Assembly: GCF_006345805.1 (NCBI RefSeq)
Contig: NC_042998.1
Coordinates: forward strand, 123,318,001 to 123,382,000
Reading direction: 5' to 3'
Length of the DNA: 64,000 bases
Origin: Octopus sinensis
Lineage: Eukaryota
This document shows positions 14,037 to 27,955 of this stretch, piece by piece; the stretch's first letter is position 1, and every line of letters starts with the position of its first letter. A model generated the notes under the pieces. That model had not been told where the DNA came from. It did not search any database and saw only the letters and a program-made list of their open reading frames with translations. A program made the translations under genes and the position numbers.

Positions 14037-14856
14037 GATCTTTGTAGTTTTCGTCAATGTCTACAATTATCGTTAAAAAAATTCTAAATATATCATACAG
14101 ATGTAACTTTTGACGCTGAATCCGAATTTTTTATTCATTTATTCCAGAAAAATATGTTACAGGTGCTCAAAATTTTGATACTTTTCAGAATTTTCATCCA
14201 ATCAGAAAACAGTGCGTTCGCTGTCATTTCCATCATGTCTTTTGGGGTGGTATCGGCATGTCAAAAAATTAAACTAGCAACAGTAAACAGTGAAAAGCAT
14301 GAAAACATTTGCGAGCAAATTAAATGTTTAAAAGCTACGAACAAACCAACAGGAGATGCTAGAAATAACAGTAAACCATTGTTTAAAACAGACATTTTTT
14401 AGTTTTAAAAATTCAAGAAGGAAAGTTTGCAATACACTCTAGGATTTTATAAAATAAATCATCTTTCTCATATCTAATCCACATCGAAAGGTTTAAAGCT
14501 GCGGCCATCATTCTAGAATCGAATTCTTTCTGTTACGAAAAAAAAAAATTATAGAACACGTGGTGGCTACACTCCCTGTACGCATGCGCAGCATCTTTGG
14601 TCACTGTGTAAACAGAGTTCTTCGCTACGGTGATATGTAAAATACTCGCTTCTGATTGGCTAAAATACCCAATTTTTGCAAATTTTAAAGGCTAACAACC
14701 TTTCAATTATAGATTTATAGCAAAAATGAAATTCATTTTCATAATTAGTATACAAACGCAATCCATATATCAGATTTGAAAAGAATTAGAACAAGATTGT
14801 AAACAGTAACGAAACCGGAACCACAAAGATGCTGCTTACATACATGCATGCATACA

Positions 14857-14918
<62 letters not shown>

Positions 14919-17821
14919 CATACATACATACATAAAAAACAAACAGACGTGTGCGTGTGTAATTAGTGAAATAAAATTTGATTAAATTCCTTGTAGAATG
15001 CTATGCAAAACTCGTCCACAATTATTGGCTACCTGATGTTAATATATAGTGGTAATGCTCCTTCTACTGGAAATTATACATCAGATATTGCATAGTATCT
15101 GTAGAGTTTATAGAAATAGATAAATGTTTGAAAAGAGAATAAATGACATTCTGTATTTAAAATCTTGAATTTACCATAAACGTCAGGCTAGGCATGTGTG
15201 ATAAACCCCGTCGTATAAGGCTTTTGATTTACAACAAAATTAAGCAGTAAGTAACTAGTTGTTAGGAATGTTGGGAATGGAATGTGTTCATAATCAACAT
15301 CCTTAAATCTCAGTATCCATTCTCCTGCAAACTGATAATGTGGTAAATTTGCATAAGATATGCTCGTGGCAGCTTATGCTGAGGTGACAAAGATTAATGC
15401 TTTAGCAATACCTGCAGTGTTATTAAAACCATATTGTGAATACCTGTGGTGACTAGCTTCCAGGTGAGTTTAAAGCTAACTTGAAAATAATACAGTAAGC
15501 AAAATGAGGAATTCAGACTGTTCATCTGCCAGCTTAAATGTTGATATCGCACATTAAAGACAAGCAAGTATAGTATGTTTTATATACTTTTGGCGTGTAT
15601 TTAATTGAATCTGCTGTGACAACAAAGTGTGTTGGTTCAAGTGGAATGAGATCTGTGAATAATGAGATAGCAAACTGGGTACTATATACTAACCAATTTA
15701 ACGTGTCACTGTCGTTATGGCGTTCACCACGATATTTCCTAATTTTCCCATGATTATTATGTGCAGATGATTTTCATTCAACCTAGACAGACAGAATATC
15801 TCATGCTCAAAATACTATATACTTGTGACCATCAGATTTCTAATTATTTCAAGACAATTCACGATTCACATTGTAAGCCGTAGTATTTTTGAAATGTAAT
15901 TTCAAACCTTTCCCATTAATATCTATGTTTTTCAAATGCTCCTGTACTATCCAAATTCTGTGTAAACAGCATGCAACATATTGGATAAAATATTATCAAA
16001 CCTTTCAATTAATAGTTTCAGTTCTCTGTGTGAAGTAGCCGATACATGTTGTGAGATGTAGCATTTTACTTCTTCCTATGTGGCGCTATTTCAATTAGCT
16101 TCTCTAGCGATTATAATATAATATTACATCTGCAACCATGCAAGGATTAGTCTGAAGTAGCTTGCTAACTTTAGAATGGACATAACTAGTGAAGCAGAAA
16201 TACTTAATATCACTGTCTGCTTTGATGGGAAGTGTAATTATATCGGCGAATCAGCTTAGCTTGGGACAATGGTTTCATAACACACACTTGATATTCCTCA
16301 GTGAACACAATTGCATTATTGGTGTCTGACAGCAGAGGGAAGCTGGTCAGTGCCACAATGCTACCAGATCCGATTAGCTATTTTCCCAAAGGTATCATTT
16401 TGTATTTGATCCAAACTACACTTTGAAACTACAGTATTTTGCTTTAATAATATTTACTGCTGTACGTAAGATAGAATATAAACTTTATTTGATTCTATAT
16501 ATTCTTTTATTGAACATATTGCAGAAACCGAACATATCTAAAACCTTTGAAGTAACATATATCGCTGATATCCTGCTATTCATATCATTTTCTTTAACAA
16601 TACTACCTATAAGGGACAATTTTCTAATATTCCTCTTACATATACAATATTGACATCCACTAGAAAGTGCGCATTAACGGCTCTTTTGGTACATGCAGCA
16701 GTTGTTGGCGATTCTCTGACTCGTCAACTGTGTCCCTTTAATAAACGCTGTATCTTGATTTAATTGCAATCGTTCTTTATGCGGGCTATGGCAAAGAATA
16801 CATGTTTCTTCAGTAGTTCCCGTTGGTCAAAGGAAAGGCCAGCGTCGGGGTTAATAGCTTTAGAATTATGGGTGGTTTTGAAGATTGGCTTTATGGTTTT
16901 TATACTCAGTAATAAAACTCGGTTATACAATTATTGGCTTTGATAGTTTTCAGGGAAAACTAACATATACTCTTGTCATAATGTCATGTACTTTCAATTT
17001 CATTATAAATACATATGGGTTTAAGTGTACACGAATGTGTGTATTTGTGCGCGTGCGTGTGCACGTGTATGTGTGCTTTCGTATGGACGTTTGTGCATTT
17101 CGAACAGTATATGTTGCAAATACATTATATCTATACCGTTGCTCACTTATATATTAACGTGTTATAGAAGAACAAAGAAACAAGAATAGATAGCAAGAAA
17201 AAATGTATAGAAGTTATACAATTGTCTCTATTATAAAAATTAAGTTGTATTTTTTTGTTTTATGTATAGATATGTCACATTTGTTTAAATATGATACAGT
17301 TATATTTTCAGCAAATGAATAAGTTCAAAGCCTGTCAATTGCTTGAAGCGATTCCATAAAGAATGATATCTATAATTCTAAGAATACACCAAAATATACA
17401 AGAAATAAATACACGAGAGGAATTGCAATATATGATGTGGAATGCTGGTTTACAGATTCAAACGACACCTAGACATTACATACAAGCTCAATCAATCAAT
17501 GAATCGAACAATATCTCATTCAATCAATCAGTTAATAGCTTGGGGACATGAAAGCCTATTTTCGTTTCACAATAGTAAAAAAAAAATGTCACTAGAAATT
17601 ATCAATGCCACATAAAAACTACATATGAAGAGTTTCGCCTATTTAGTTCTGCGCTTGTAAATATAAATCAAATACACTAAAATAGTAAACCGTTGTATAG
17701 AGAGTCTTTTAAACTATTCAAAAGTTTATGCACATTCATATATGTTCTTAATAATCGTATATCTTTTGGCATATACATTCATGCATGCATATATACATTT
17801 ATATATATCTATATATCTATA

Positions 17822-17852
<31 letters not shown>

Positions 17853-17856
<4 letters not shown>

Positions 17857-17920
17857 CCACCCCGTCATCCGAATCTCGGAGTTTTATCATTGCTACCGAA
17901 TAATCGACACATGTTATATT

Positions 17921-17925
<5 letters not shown>
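17853..17925 (+). repeat. Partial second copy of the 13447 element (right arm plus flank)
   Basis: atttccaccccgtcatccgaatctcggagttttatcattgctaccgaataat matches 13578-13630, including about 40 nt beyond the palindrome. Confidence 0.75.
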
Positions 17926-17990
<65 letters not shown>

Positions 17991-18213
17991 CCTATGTATA
18001 TATGTGTGTATGTATGTATGTATCGCTCTCTCTCTCTCTCTCTCTCTATCTATATATCTATATATATATATATTTATATATGTATATAAATAAATACACA
18101 CATACACACGTATGTACAAACATGCATAAATGTATTCTTCTCTATGTTTGTATATGTATGTGTACAATTGTAAGAGTATATATGTATATATATATGTATA
18201 TATATATATATAT
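17926..18213. repeat. (TA)n/(TATG)n/(TC)n compound microsatellite
   Basis: Direct inspection. Confidence 0.9.
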
Positions 18214-18214
18214 C

Positions 18215-21200
18215 TGAAACAAAAAGATAGAGAAAAAGAAAAATATAAAAGAAGGAAAAAACTGCACTGACCACTCCTGAAAAACGATATGCGGATGTGG
18301 TACGCGGTAACCCAACAAATGGCCAGCTTCACCCATATGTGAGAAGGGCAGCAGCTGAACAGCAATCTTTTTTGTGCATGGCACAAAAAAATATTCAGCA
18401 GCTGACCTGGCTACAAGCACAAAGCTGGAACTACCACCACATAAGGCCACCACCAACAGATGCAGGATGGCCATCACAGACACCAACACCAACACACACA
18501 CCACAAAAATATTTCTACTGAACGTAGGAGGGCTGCTGCGCGGAAACTGTAAAAGGAAAATCTCATTCCTGAGAGACCTTTGGCATGCAATCAAGCTATA
18601 TGCACGGCACTCACAGAAACGCATCTTGAACCCGATATAGGTGATGCAGAAATACACACCGCAATATGCAGTCATACGCACAGATAGAAAAGGGAGGAGC
18701 CATGGTGGAATTGCAATGTACATCCGAGATGACCTCACGCCCAGGTCCTGTTGTTATATTCAAACTCAGTGTGTGAAACTCAAATTGTACACATAAGACA
18801 ACTGAATATCGTCATATGCACTACATATCGCCCACCAGATGCCCCAAATCACTCAGGCATGTTTGAAGACTGCCTAACAAAAATAGGAGAAGTCCTCACC
18901 AACCTTGAACAACACAACAGTGTATTCTTCATGGGTGACTTTAACTTCCCCAATGTGGAATGGCCTGGGGGGCAGATGCTCTCAGGGATGACACACCATC
19001 AGCAGGCACAGGCAAAGTCCCTGCTCCATCTCACAAATGCCTCTTTCATGGAGCAAATAGTTCTGCAACCAACAAGGGCAGATACTATACTGGATCTCTG
19101 CTTCACAAACAATATGGATATTATCCATAATGTTAATGTGGTGTCGACAATGATCTCGGATCACAACATAAAAGAGCTGTCTATGTATGGAACAAAAACC
19201 CCCGTAGACACGCAGCCTATATGAAGCATCCACCATCTCTCCAACTTAAACTTTCATAAAGCAAACTGGAAAGAGATCCTCAAACAGGATTGGCCTAAAT
19301 GTCTCTCCACACCGGACATTAACATGAAACACAAACACTTCATGTCCATAATACAAGCCATATGTGACAAATATGTCCCAGTGTACAGGGCCAACACACA
19401 CAAAAACAAAAACAGGATCCCTAGAGAAAGGAGGATTCTTATGAGACGACGGACAAGGATTGCGAACCACCTGAGCAAGCACACCAAAAGTGGTGAGAAG
19501 TCTCGGCTGGAGAGAATGCTAATGGAAATTGAGAAAAGTCTGCATCAGTCCCATGAAAAGAAGAGAGCAGATAAAGAAGCTTGGGTAATAGAAAATATAA
19601 AATCAAACCCTAAAGCTTTCTTTAAGTTTGCCAAAGAGACGGCCACAGTGCACCAGAGAATAGGACCTCTCTTCCAAAAAGATGGCTCTCTCACAGGAAG
19701 TCCCACGAGGATAAGTGAAATGCTGAACGAACAATTCCAAAGTGTGTTCACTACACCTCTAGGACACAGGCAAGTAAACAACCCAGAAGAATTATTTGCC
19801 ACTTTACCTGCGGCCAAAGAGGCAAACATTGAGTATATCAACATCGAAGATGATGATATCACACTAACCATAGATGAGATTGACACAAACTCAGCTGCTG
19901 GACCTGATGGATTCCCAGCGATCCTTCTCAAATCGTGCAAACGAGCCCTTGCAAAACCGCTACCGCTTCTTTGTCAGAGCTTTCTTGCAAGTGGTAAGCT
20001 CCCAGTCAAATTGAAAGAGGGGGTAATATGCCCTATCCATAAGGGCAGAGCAGATGCTAAAAATTATAGGCCAATCTCTCTGACCTCACACATCAGCAAA
20101 GTCATGGAACGAATAGTCCGTAATAAACTAATCATGTTCCTTGAAGGAAATGATTTGCTGTCTGACACCCAGCATGGATTTCGACCAGGTAGAAGCTGCC
20201 TAACACAGCTCCTGCAACACTATGACTGGGTGTTGAAACAGCTACTAAATGGCTCAAATGTGGATGTAATATATCTCGACTTTGCAAAAGCCTTTGATAA
20301 AGTCGTCCATGGTATGATCTGTCACAAACTGCGTGGTCTCGGCATATGCGGAAAATTTGGAGAGTGGCTGCACAACTTCCTAAAAGACAGAAAACAGGCA
20401 GTTGTGAGCAATGGAACCACCTCCAAGGAAACACAAATAACAAGCAGTGTCCCACAGGGCACTGTCTTGGGGCCACTGATGTTCATAGTGGCCCTTTCAG
20501 ACATGCCTTCAGTTGCTACGATGGCCACCCTTGCTAGCTATGCAGATGACACAAAAGTCTCCCACACAATACAAAACCCTGAAAATATTGCGCATCTGCA
20601 ACAGGAGTTGGACACAATATACAGGTAGGCTGAGGACAACAATATGCAGTTTAATGCAGGTAAGTTCCAGGCCCTGCGCTACCGGCACACAAAGGTAAAC
20701 AACGTGCAGACTGGATACACTGGCCCAGGAAGAATTGCAATCCCTGAGTCAAAATCAGTGCGTGACCTGAGCATTGACATGAGCAATGATGCATCTTTCC
20801 AAGTGCATATTACTAATCTGGTGATAAAATGCAGACGGCTAGCTGGGTGGATTCTCCGAACTTTCAGAACAAGAGAGAAGGAGACACTCATGGTCCTATG
20901 GAAAACATTCGTCCTCAGCCGCTTGGACTACTGCTCCCAACTATGGTCACCACACAATATAAAACTAACAGCAGAACTCGAAGCAATTCAGAGAAGCTAC
21001 ACAAAGAAAATCGTCTCAATGCAAAATATCAGCTACTGGGAAAGACTGAAAGTATTAAACCTCTTCTCCCTAGAGCGGAGGCGGGAGAGATATGCGGTGA
21101 TATATATCTGGAAAATCCTGGAGGGTCTTGTCCCAAACTTTGGCATTCAAAGTTACCCCAACCGCAGAACGGGGCGCCACTGCATGGTGCTAAAGATTCC

Positions 21201-21530
21201 AACATCACCATCAAAATACAAGTCCAGATACTGCAACAGCTTGGGTTTAAGAGGACCACAGCTCTTTAACAGCCTCCCTAAATGCCTGAGAGACTTACAT
21301 GGTGTGGATGTGGGTTTCTTTAAAACTAAACTGGATCTCTCCTTGTCGGGAGTCCCAGATGAACCTACCTCACGACAGGAGACGCAGATGCGGGCAGCAG
21401 CATCGAACTCCCTTGTTGATGAAGTGCCACGTATCAGAGGTGGATTCACATATTAATGTAGCTCATTCAGCGCTGGTGCCCCAGCATGGCCGCGGCCTTC
21501 GGGCTAATACATTTTAAAGGAATTTAAGGA
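18215..21530 (+). mobile_element. CR1/L2-group LINE: ORF2 region with 3' UTR and tail
   Basis: APE motifs LLNV, LTETHL, DRKGRSHGG, YRPP, MGDFNFP, LDLCF, SDH. RT motifs NYRPISLTS, QHGFRPGRSC, YLDFAKAFDKV, VPQGTVLGP, YADD. C-terminal RRERY. 3' stem-loop and short ttaaagga/ttaagga repeats. Confidence 0.95.
18500..21456 (+). pseudogene. APE-endonuclease/reverse transcriptase ORF2 (disrupted)
   Basis: ORFs 18751-19224, 19324-20628 and 20644-21456 share one frame, separated by single stops TGA (19222) and TAG (20626). There are a few frameshifts at about 18590-18745. Confidence 0.9.
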
Positions 21531-21887
21531 ACAAAATACACGAATATCCATATATATGTATATGTATATATAAGTACTGTAAGGAAATATGATGTGTTGA
21601 TTAATGGAAATGTTAATTTTTATTCTGTTTTTTTGCATTTAAATGATTGTACTTAACCATTCATTCAAGTGGTGAGAACATTTCATTAATGCAGCATAAA
21701 CACCAAGCATGACGTAATATATTTTAACATAACTTGTTGTTTCTGGTCTGGTCTCGTTATAGGTTATTGATTATAAGCAGATATTTACAAAACTACTCAC
21801 ATATGCAAATTGTATGCGTGTGAGTCAAAAGAGTTCACCAAGAAACAATTGAGGTATGAGTATCTGGTATATGTGAACTGAACATGC

Positions 21888-22024
21888 ATACCTACCTACC
21901 TACCTACCTACCTACCTACCTACATACATACATACATACGTACATACATACATACATACATACATACATACATACATGCATGCATACATACATATATATG
22001 TGAGAATGTTTACACTTTCCTATC

Positions 22025-22098
<74 letters not shown>
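21888..22098. repeat. (CCTA)n(CATA)n and (TCTA)n microsatellites
   Basis: Direct inspection. Confidence 0.95.
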
Positions 22099-22382
22099 GG
22101 TCTGTCTGACTATCTGTATATATGTCATTCTATCTTTATGTCTGTATGTCTGTGTATTTGTCTAACTATCTAATCTATCTCAACCACGTGAATTTATAAT
22201 TAGAAAAATATTTATTTTAAAGTTATTACTTATAAAAAATTCTGTTACTTAACAGCATACTACAAACCTATGTGGAAGTAGTTTCTATATTATATGTTAT
22301 CACTATAGTGTAGTTTTTGCGAAAGCGTTTTCCTTTGCGACTTTTTCAAACAATCATTCTCAGCTGTTTAAAGCGGATGTTA

Positions 22383-22610
22383 AATTTCGGATTTACAATT
22401 TTTCTAAAGAATTCAATTTTTTGTCTTTCGTAGGTGATCATTTTCATCTTATATTTTGTAAAAGGGTAATATTTTAAATTGCTGACTATTTCAATTGTTG
22501 ATTATTTTCGGTTTAGTTTCGGATTTGGAATTCATATAAAGTATTCCATTGCCTTTCGTAGTTGATCATGTTTGTATATTATTCTATAAGAGGGAAACAT
22601 TTTGAATTTT
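22383..22610. repeat. Degenerate two-copy tandem repeat, period about 132 bp
   Basis: tttcggattt...ctttcgtag.tgatcat...aaggg/agagg...cattttgaatt occurs from 22385 and from 22517. Confidence 0.6.
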
Positions 22611-23044
22611 CCATCTGCACAACTGTCTAGAGGTTTATAACATGGACAATTTCTAAGAGATTGACATATAATCTGTGGTTTATGCACGTTTACACGACTA
22701 GGTAATAACTTTTCTCCAATGTAATTCTCTTTGTATTGTGGACGTAATGCAGTCGATGAGATTCTTTGTTTTGCAATTAATGGTTATATTTACTTTCGGA
22801 TCCTTCCCATTCTTGAATTTTTTGTTGTTGTTTCTTGCTCAAATATTTCACATGTCCCATAACGAGGGTCTTCACGATCTGTTCTTTCTCCGATGTCACT
22901 CTTTTCTTTGTAAGAATTCTCCTTAGCTTACAACGCATGTCAGTGAAAAGTTGAAAGACAAATGCGCTGACACACAAAATACAAACACACAGGGCATAAA
23001 CTATTATATTCAAACTTCGACAAAGGTTACTGACATTGTGTTAC

Positions 23045-23392
23045 ATAAAATAACATCGCCTTTAGTCGAACGAATCGACCCCAGGACTTATTCATTGTAA
23101 ACGTTGTACTTATTCTATCGGTCTTTTTTGCCGAGCCGCTAATGTTACAGGTACGTAAGCACACCAGCAACGGTTGTTAAGCGATGCCGGGGGGCAAACA
23201 CACAAACACACACACAAATATATATATACGACGGGCTTCTTTCAGTTTCAATCTACCAAATCCACTAGCAAGGCTTTGCTCATTCCGAGGCTATAGTAGA
23301 AGACATTTGCCCAAGTTGTCACGCAGTGGCAATGAACCCGGATCCATGTGGTTGGTAAGCAAGCTACTTACTACACAGCCACTTTCTTTTCA
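23045..23392 (-). mobile_element. SINE family B copy
   Basis: Reverse complement matches 56748-57085 along its length. Confidence 0.85.
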
Positions 23393-23459
23393 CATTTCAC
23401 GTAACGTATATTTCCATTTTGGCATGGGTTACATAGTTACATAGAAAGTTGGTATCTGA

Positions 23460-23551
23460 GCTATCAGCAATTGAGGCCTGTGGAATCTACACAGCGATTT
23501 TAAATTTCATTATTTTCTTGAACCCGGGCAACGCAGGGCATGTCTGTTAAT
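23460..23551 (+). mobile_element. Possible non-autonomous Helitron 3' end
   Basis: cccgggcaacgcaggg is an imperfect GC hairpin followed about 10 nt later by a degenerate CTRR-like end (ctgttaat), abutting (TA)n. Confidence 0.35.
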
Positions 23552-23874
23552 ATATATATATATATATACTAAGCAATAAGGGTTTAGCAACGAGTTGCCT
23601 TACCACATACCGAATTTAGAAATAGCAGTCAAAGGGTTATAGCTATTTCTTCTATATATATATATATATATATATTATATACACACACAAATATATATCC
23701 ATCGAAGTGCACACACGCACATACATACGCACACTCACACAAATTCGGTATAATCGACAGAAGTAGTAAATAGTTATATTTGGTTTGAGTCAATTCCGAA
23801 AGAAATATACTTATCCGAAAAGTAGGCTTAGAATCATAGAATAAAAATATTTACAGTTATTTACGTAAATATTC

Positions 23875-24030
23875 TTTTCTACTCCAGGCATAAGACCCGA
23901 AAACTTTGAGGAGGGGTCAGTCGATAACATCGACTCTAGTATGTAACTGGTACTTAGTTTATCGACTCCGAAAGGCAAAGTCGACCTTGGCGGAATTTCA
24001 GCTCAGAACGTTATGACAGACGAAATACCG
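23875..24030 (-). mobile_element. SINE family A copy (degenerate)
   Basis: aaggcaaagtcgaccttggcggaatttcagctcagaacg is the reverse complement of the family A core. Confidence 0.7.
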
Positions 24031-24564
24031 ATATATATATATATATATTTATATCGGTATTTCTTCTTTGTAATGTTTCCAAAAAAAAAGTTTTTAGTCG
24101 CTAAAGTATTAATCGTTAACTTTTAACCGCGATGAACTGTATTCATACATTTTTCATGTATTTTTGTTATATGCTTGTACTAATGAGTTGTGTTTCATCT
24201 TCCGTGGTTTTATGCATGTATATTCTTTGTGAAAGAAAAAGCATTATGTGATTAAATGTTACGTGGATAACCTTTTATTTGTTTGTTCTGCAATCATAGT
24301 TTAATATATTTGTCTCATTCAATTGAGCACTTCTATAGCAGTCCTATTAAACAGTTTGTTCCTGATAAGAAACAATCACTTTATTATTGATATATATACA
24401 GTATATATATATATATATATAAAAGTCCATTTATTTATTTCTATATATTATACGAAATATTTCACGTAAACCTTGAGTTTCTACTTTTATGTGATTCTTT
24501 GCTACGATTGTAACTATTTATCAATTTTTCCGTGTTAATTGTTAACAAGGGAAAAATATACATA

Positions 24565-24566
24565 CA

Positions 24567-24633
<67 letters not shown>

Positions 24634-24644
24634 ATATCTATCTA

Positions 24645-24739
<95 letters not shown>

Positions 24740-24770
24740 TGTCTGTATTTAGTATATATATATATATATG
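24565..24770. repeat. (TCTA)n(TC)n(TA)n(TG)n compound microsatellite
   Basis: Direct inspection. Confidence 0.95.
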
Positions 24771-25224
24771 TTAGTTATATAGTGTCCATAAGGTATCGAG
24801 ACACATAAACATGTATTATTCCACTCATTAGTAAGACAGAATCACAAAGAGGCTGTAAGGAATTTCAAGGTAAACAGTTTGGCAAAACTTATCAAGGTTA
24901 TTCAATTTATCTATATAATAAAAAAGTTTACATATATAATCCCTATTTATTATATAACTAAATTAACTGTCAATGTCAAGTCTTGCCAAACCGTTTTCCC
25001 TTTTCTTCCTACTTTAATCCATACCTACCTGCTGAAAGGGAACCTACTTCTAATCGAAAAGTCACATGTTCAACTGCATACCAGTTTCAGCACAGAGAGC
25101 GCATACCTATTGGAGTGGTCAACCCGACGAAATGTCCTGGAGTCTTTTATATACATATGTATATATGTATATGTATGCATTAAATACACCAACATCATAA
25201 AATAATATAATAATAATAATGAAA

Positions 25225-26485
25225 TTATTGTATACAGTGCTCAGGTGCACCACAACTTGTCAGAAAGTGCATATAAAGTACATGCAGTAATGTAGAAATG
25301 TCTGGAAAGTGAACATGCTTGTGTGTGTATGGAGGGGAGAAAATCAAGTGTAGTGTTGGCGAATCTCAGGAAGCATGGAAGTTTTGAAGGATGCAGTACT
25401 CCGACAACTAACAACCGATGCCGGCAGTTTGTTCCACGCTTCAGCAACTCTCAGCGTGAAAAAATGTTTCCTGAAGTCATGGGAGCTGTGCTGTTTTCTT
25501 ACTTTGTAAATATGTCCACGGGTGTTAGATGGGTGGAGTTTGAAGAGGTGCTCAGAGTTATTGTTTGTGCGATGGTTGATAATTTTATGGGTGTCTGCCA
25601 ATCAGCTGCCAGACGTCGGAGTTTCAATGTGTCCATGCCCAGGGAAGTAAGGCGTTCAGGATATGGCAAATGCCTGATGGAGGTTATTCTTTTGGTTGCA
25701 CGTCGCTGAACAGCTTCCAGACGATTGATGTCCTGGGAAAAATAGGGGTTCCAGACCGGTGATGCAAATTCCAGGTGAGATCTTACCATAGCTATATAAA
25801 GCCGCAGATAGATAGCCGGAGAGCGGCTCACAAAGGATTTCGTGAGTGATGCCAAGACACCCTCAGCCTTCTTGACAATTTTAGCGATGTGTTTTGTCCA
25901 ACGCAAATCACTGTCGACAATAACACCCATGACACGTTCACTTGAAGACTTTTTGAGACTAGTGTTGTGGAGGGAGTAGGTGGACGCTGGGTTTCTCCTC
26001 CCAAAATGCATGGTGGTACATTTGTCCACAGCCAGCTTGAGTTGCCAGTCCATGATCCACTGCTGCATTGTGTCCAGGTCTGCTTGCAATAGAGATCCAT
26101 AGTGTACAGGATTTGACCTCTTTATTTCGAGGTACAGCTTGATGTCATCTGCATATTTCAGCACTGTGGCATTCTTTAAGTTGGCATCTATGTCATTAAC
26201 ATATGCAACAAATAAAAGGGGGTCAAGAACAGATCCCTGCGGCACACCAAATGTCATCTCATAGGGCGAAGAGTGCTGTCCTAGAACTGTGACAACCTCT
26301 TTTCGGCCGAAAATAAAGGACTTTAACCAGTTATAGAGTTCGTCTCTTACACCCAACGCAGAAAGCTTCACCATAAGTCTTTTGTGTGGCACAGAGTTAA
26401 AAGCCTTAGCAAAGTCCAGGTAAACAACATCCACCCAGGATCCGCGATCAGTGATTTGGGTAACGTCCTCAAGAAACTCGATGAT
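25225..26485 (-). mobile_element. 5'-truncated CR1/L2-group LINE (RT C-half, 3' UTR, (ATT)n tail)
   Basis: YLDFAKAFNSVPH, GVPQGSVLDP, YADD, LEFASPVWNP, LEAVQRRATK, then a frameshift into RGHIYK...RKHFFTLRVAEAWNKLP. The 3' UTR differs from that of the 18.2-kb LINE. Confidence 0.95.
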
Positions 26486-26816
26486 GATACATGATGATAT
26501 ATGATGATACATTAAATGATACATTAAATATCATAAATGATACATTAAATATCATAAATATCATATCCTAAGTTATTAGGAACTAAAACATAGGTCGCTA
26601 AACGCCAATACGCTATAATACATAATGTGAGGAGGAAAAAGAAGGGAAAGGAAAAAGAAGTTTTGTATTTGAATTAGTCAAGGTTTTAATTGGAAACCAG
26701 AAATCTAAATTTGAACTATTTATTGATAAATCGATAAAGGAAGAAAGCGCTATAAATGTAAATAAGACGTAAATAAATAAAAAATATATACAAACATCCG
26801 ACATTTTGCCTACCTA

Positions 26817-26874
<58 letters not shown>

Positions 26875-27369
26875 TAGGTAGTTTGGTAGGTAGGTAAATG
26901 GATAAATAGATAGATACATAGGTAATATGGACAGACAAGCACGCACATACACACATACAAGGAGACAGAGATACATACACACAGAAGCACACACGCACAT
27001 ACAAACACACAAATATGAACACAGAAACACACGAATATAAAGAATACATACATACAAGCATAAACACACGATTACATATATATATATTATATATGCATAC
27101 ACAGACATACGTACATACCTAGACATACACACATAAATACATACATATGCGTATATACATGAACACTGACGCACACACATGCGCACTAACAAACAAAAAG
27201 GAGGCAGCTCTAATAACGGACAGAGTCAACTATTGAAGAGTTTGCAAGACGCAACGGATATTTTTGCAAGAATGAACAAGTAAATGATTAGAAATCGAAC
27301 CAGTGAATGTGATAAGTAGTAGGGCACTAAAAGAGATTGACTCTCATCAGACACAAAAATAAATATATA

Positions 27370-27955
27370 TATATTAGCTGCTACTACCAGATTTCATTCG
27401 GGTCTCCTTGGGTCACTACATTTCTAAAGAAGATGAGAAGCAGGTCACAAATGGTAGGAAGTTTTATTGTATAAGTGCTTGGCATTCATGGAATGGAAGG
27501 AATGAGAACATATGTAGTTCACACAGTCCTTGAAAGGCTACACAGAAGGTACTATGAGGACAATGTTGGTCCATCATTTCGAAGATGAATGGTTAAGAAA
27601 AAAACAAAATAATGTTAAGCAATGAGCACAAAATTCAAAACCGCCTAGGCCTCTTCATCACATTCACCTGCAATCCTCATTGGACAGAGATTAAGGAGAA
27701 CTTATTCTCGGGACAACAGCCCATTGACCGTCATGATATAGTTGCCAGTGTCTTCCACCTCAAATTAAATCTCCTGATGTCCTTGCTGAAGACGGAGAAA
27801 AAATACGGAACACTGAATGCGTGGATGTACACTGTGGAATGGCAGAAGCGATGTGTACCATACGCACAGGTTCTTATCTAGTGCAAGGAAAAAATCAGAC
27901 CTGCAGACATTGATAGAATTATCAGCGCTGAGCTTCCAGACCCCACCATTTGGCT
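27370..27955 (+). pseudogene. Helitron Rep (HUH rolling-circle replicase) fragment
   Basis: LFITFTCNPHW (Rep motif 1) and YTVEWQKRCVPYAQVLI (degenerate motif 2, EWQKRGLPHxH) in ORF 27612-27881, continuing past a stop as IDRIISAELPDP. Confidence 0.85.

Noticed and set aside
19545-21449. Antisense ORFs over the CR1 LINE, and likewise over the Dong-like element
   Set aside because: They are shadows of the retroelement coding strand.
22020-22098. Regular short repeats as a CRISPR-like array
   Set aside because: Pure tetranucleotide repeats without spacers in eukaryotic DNA; no cas genes.
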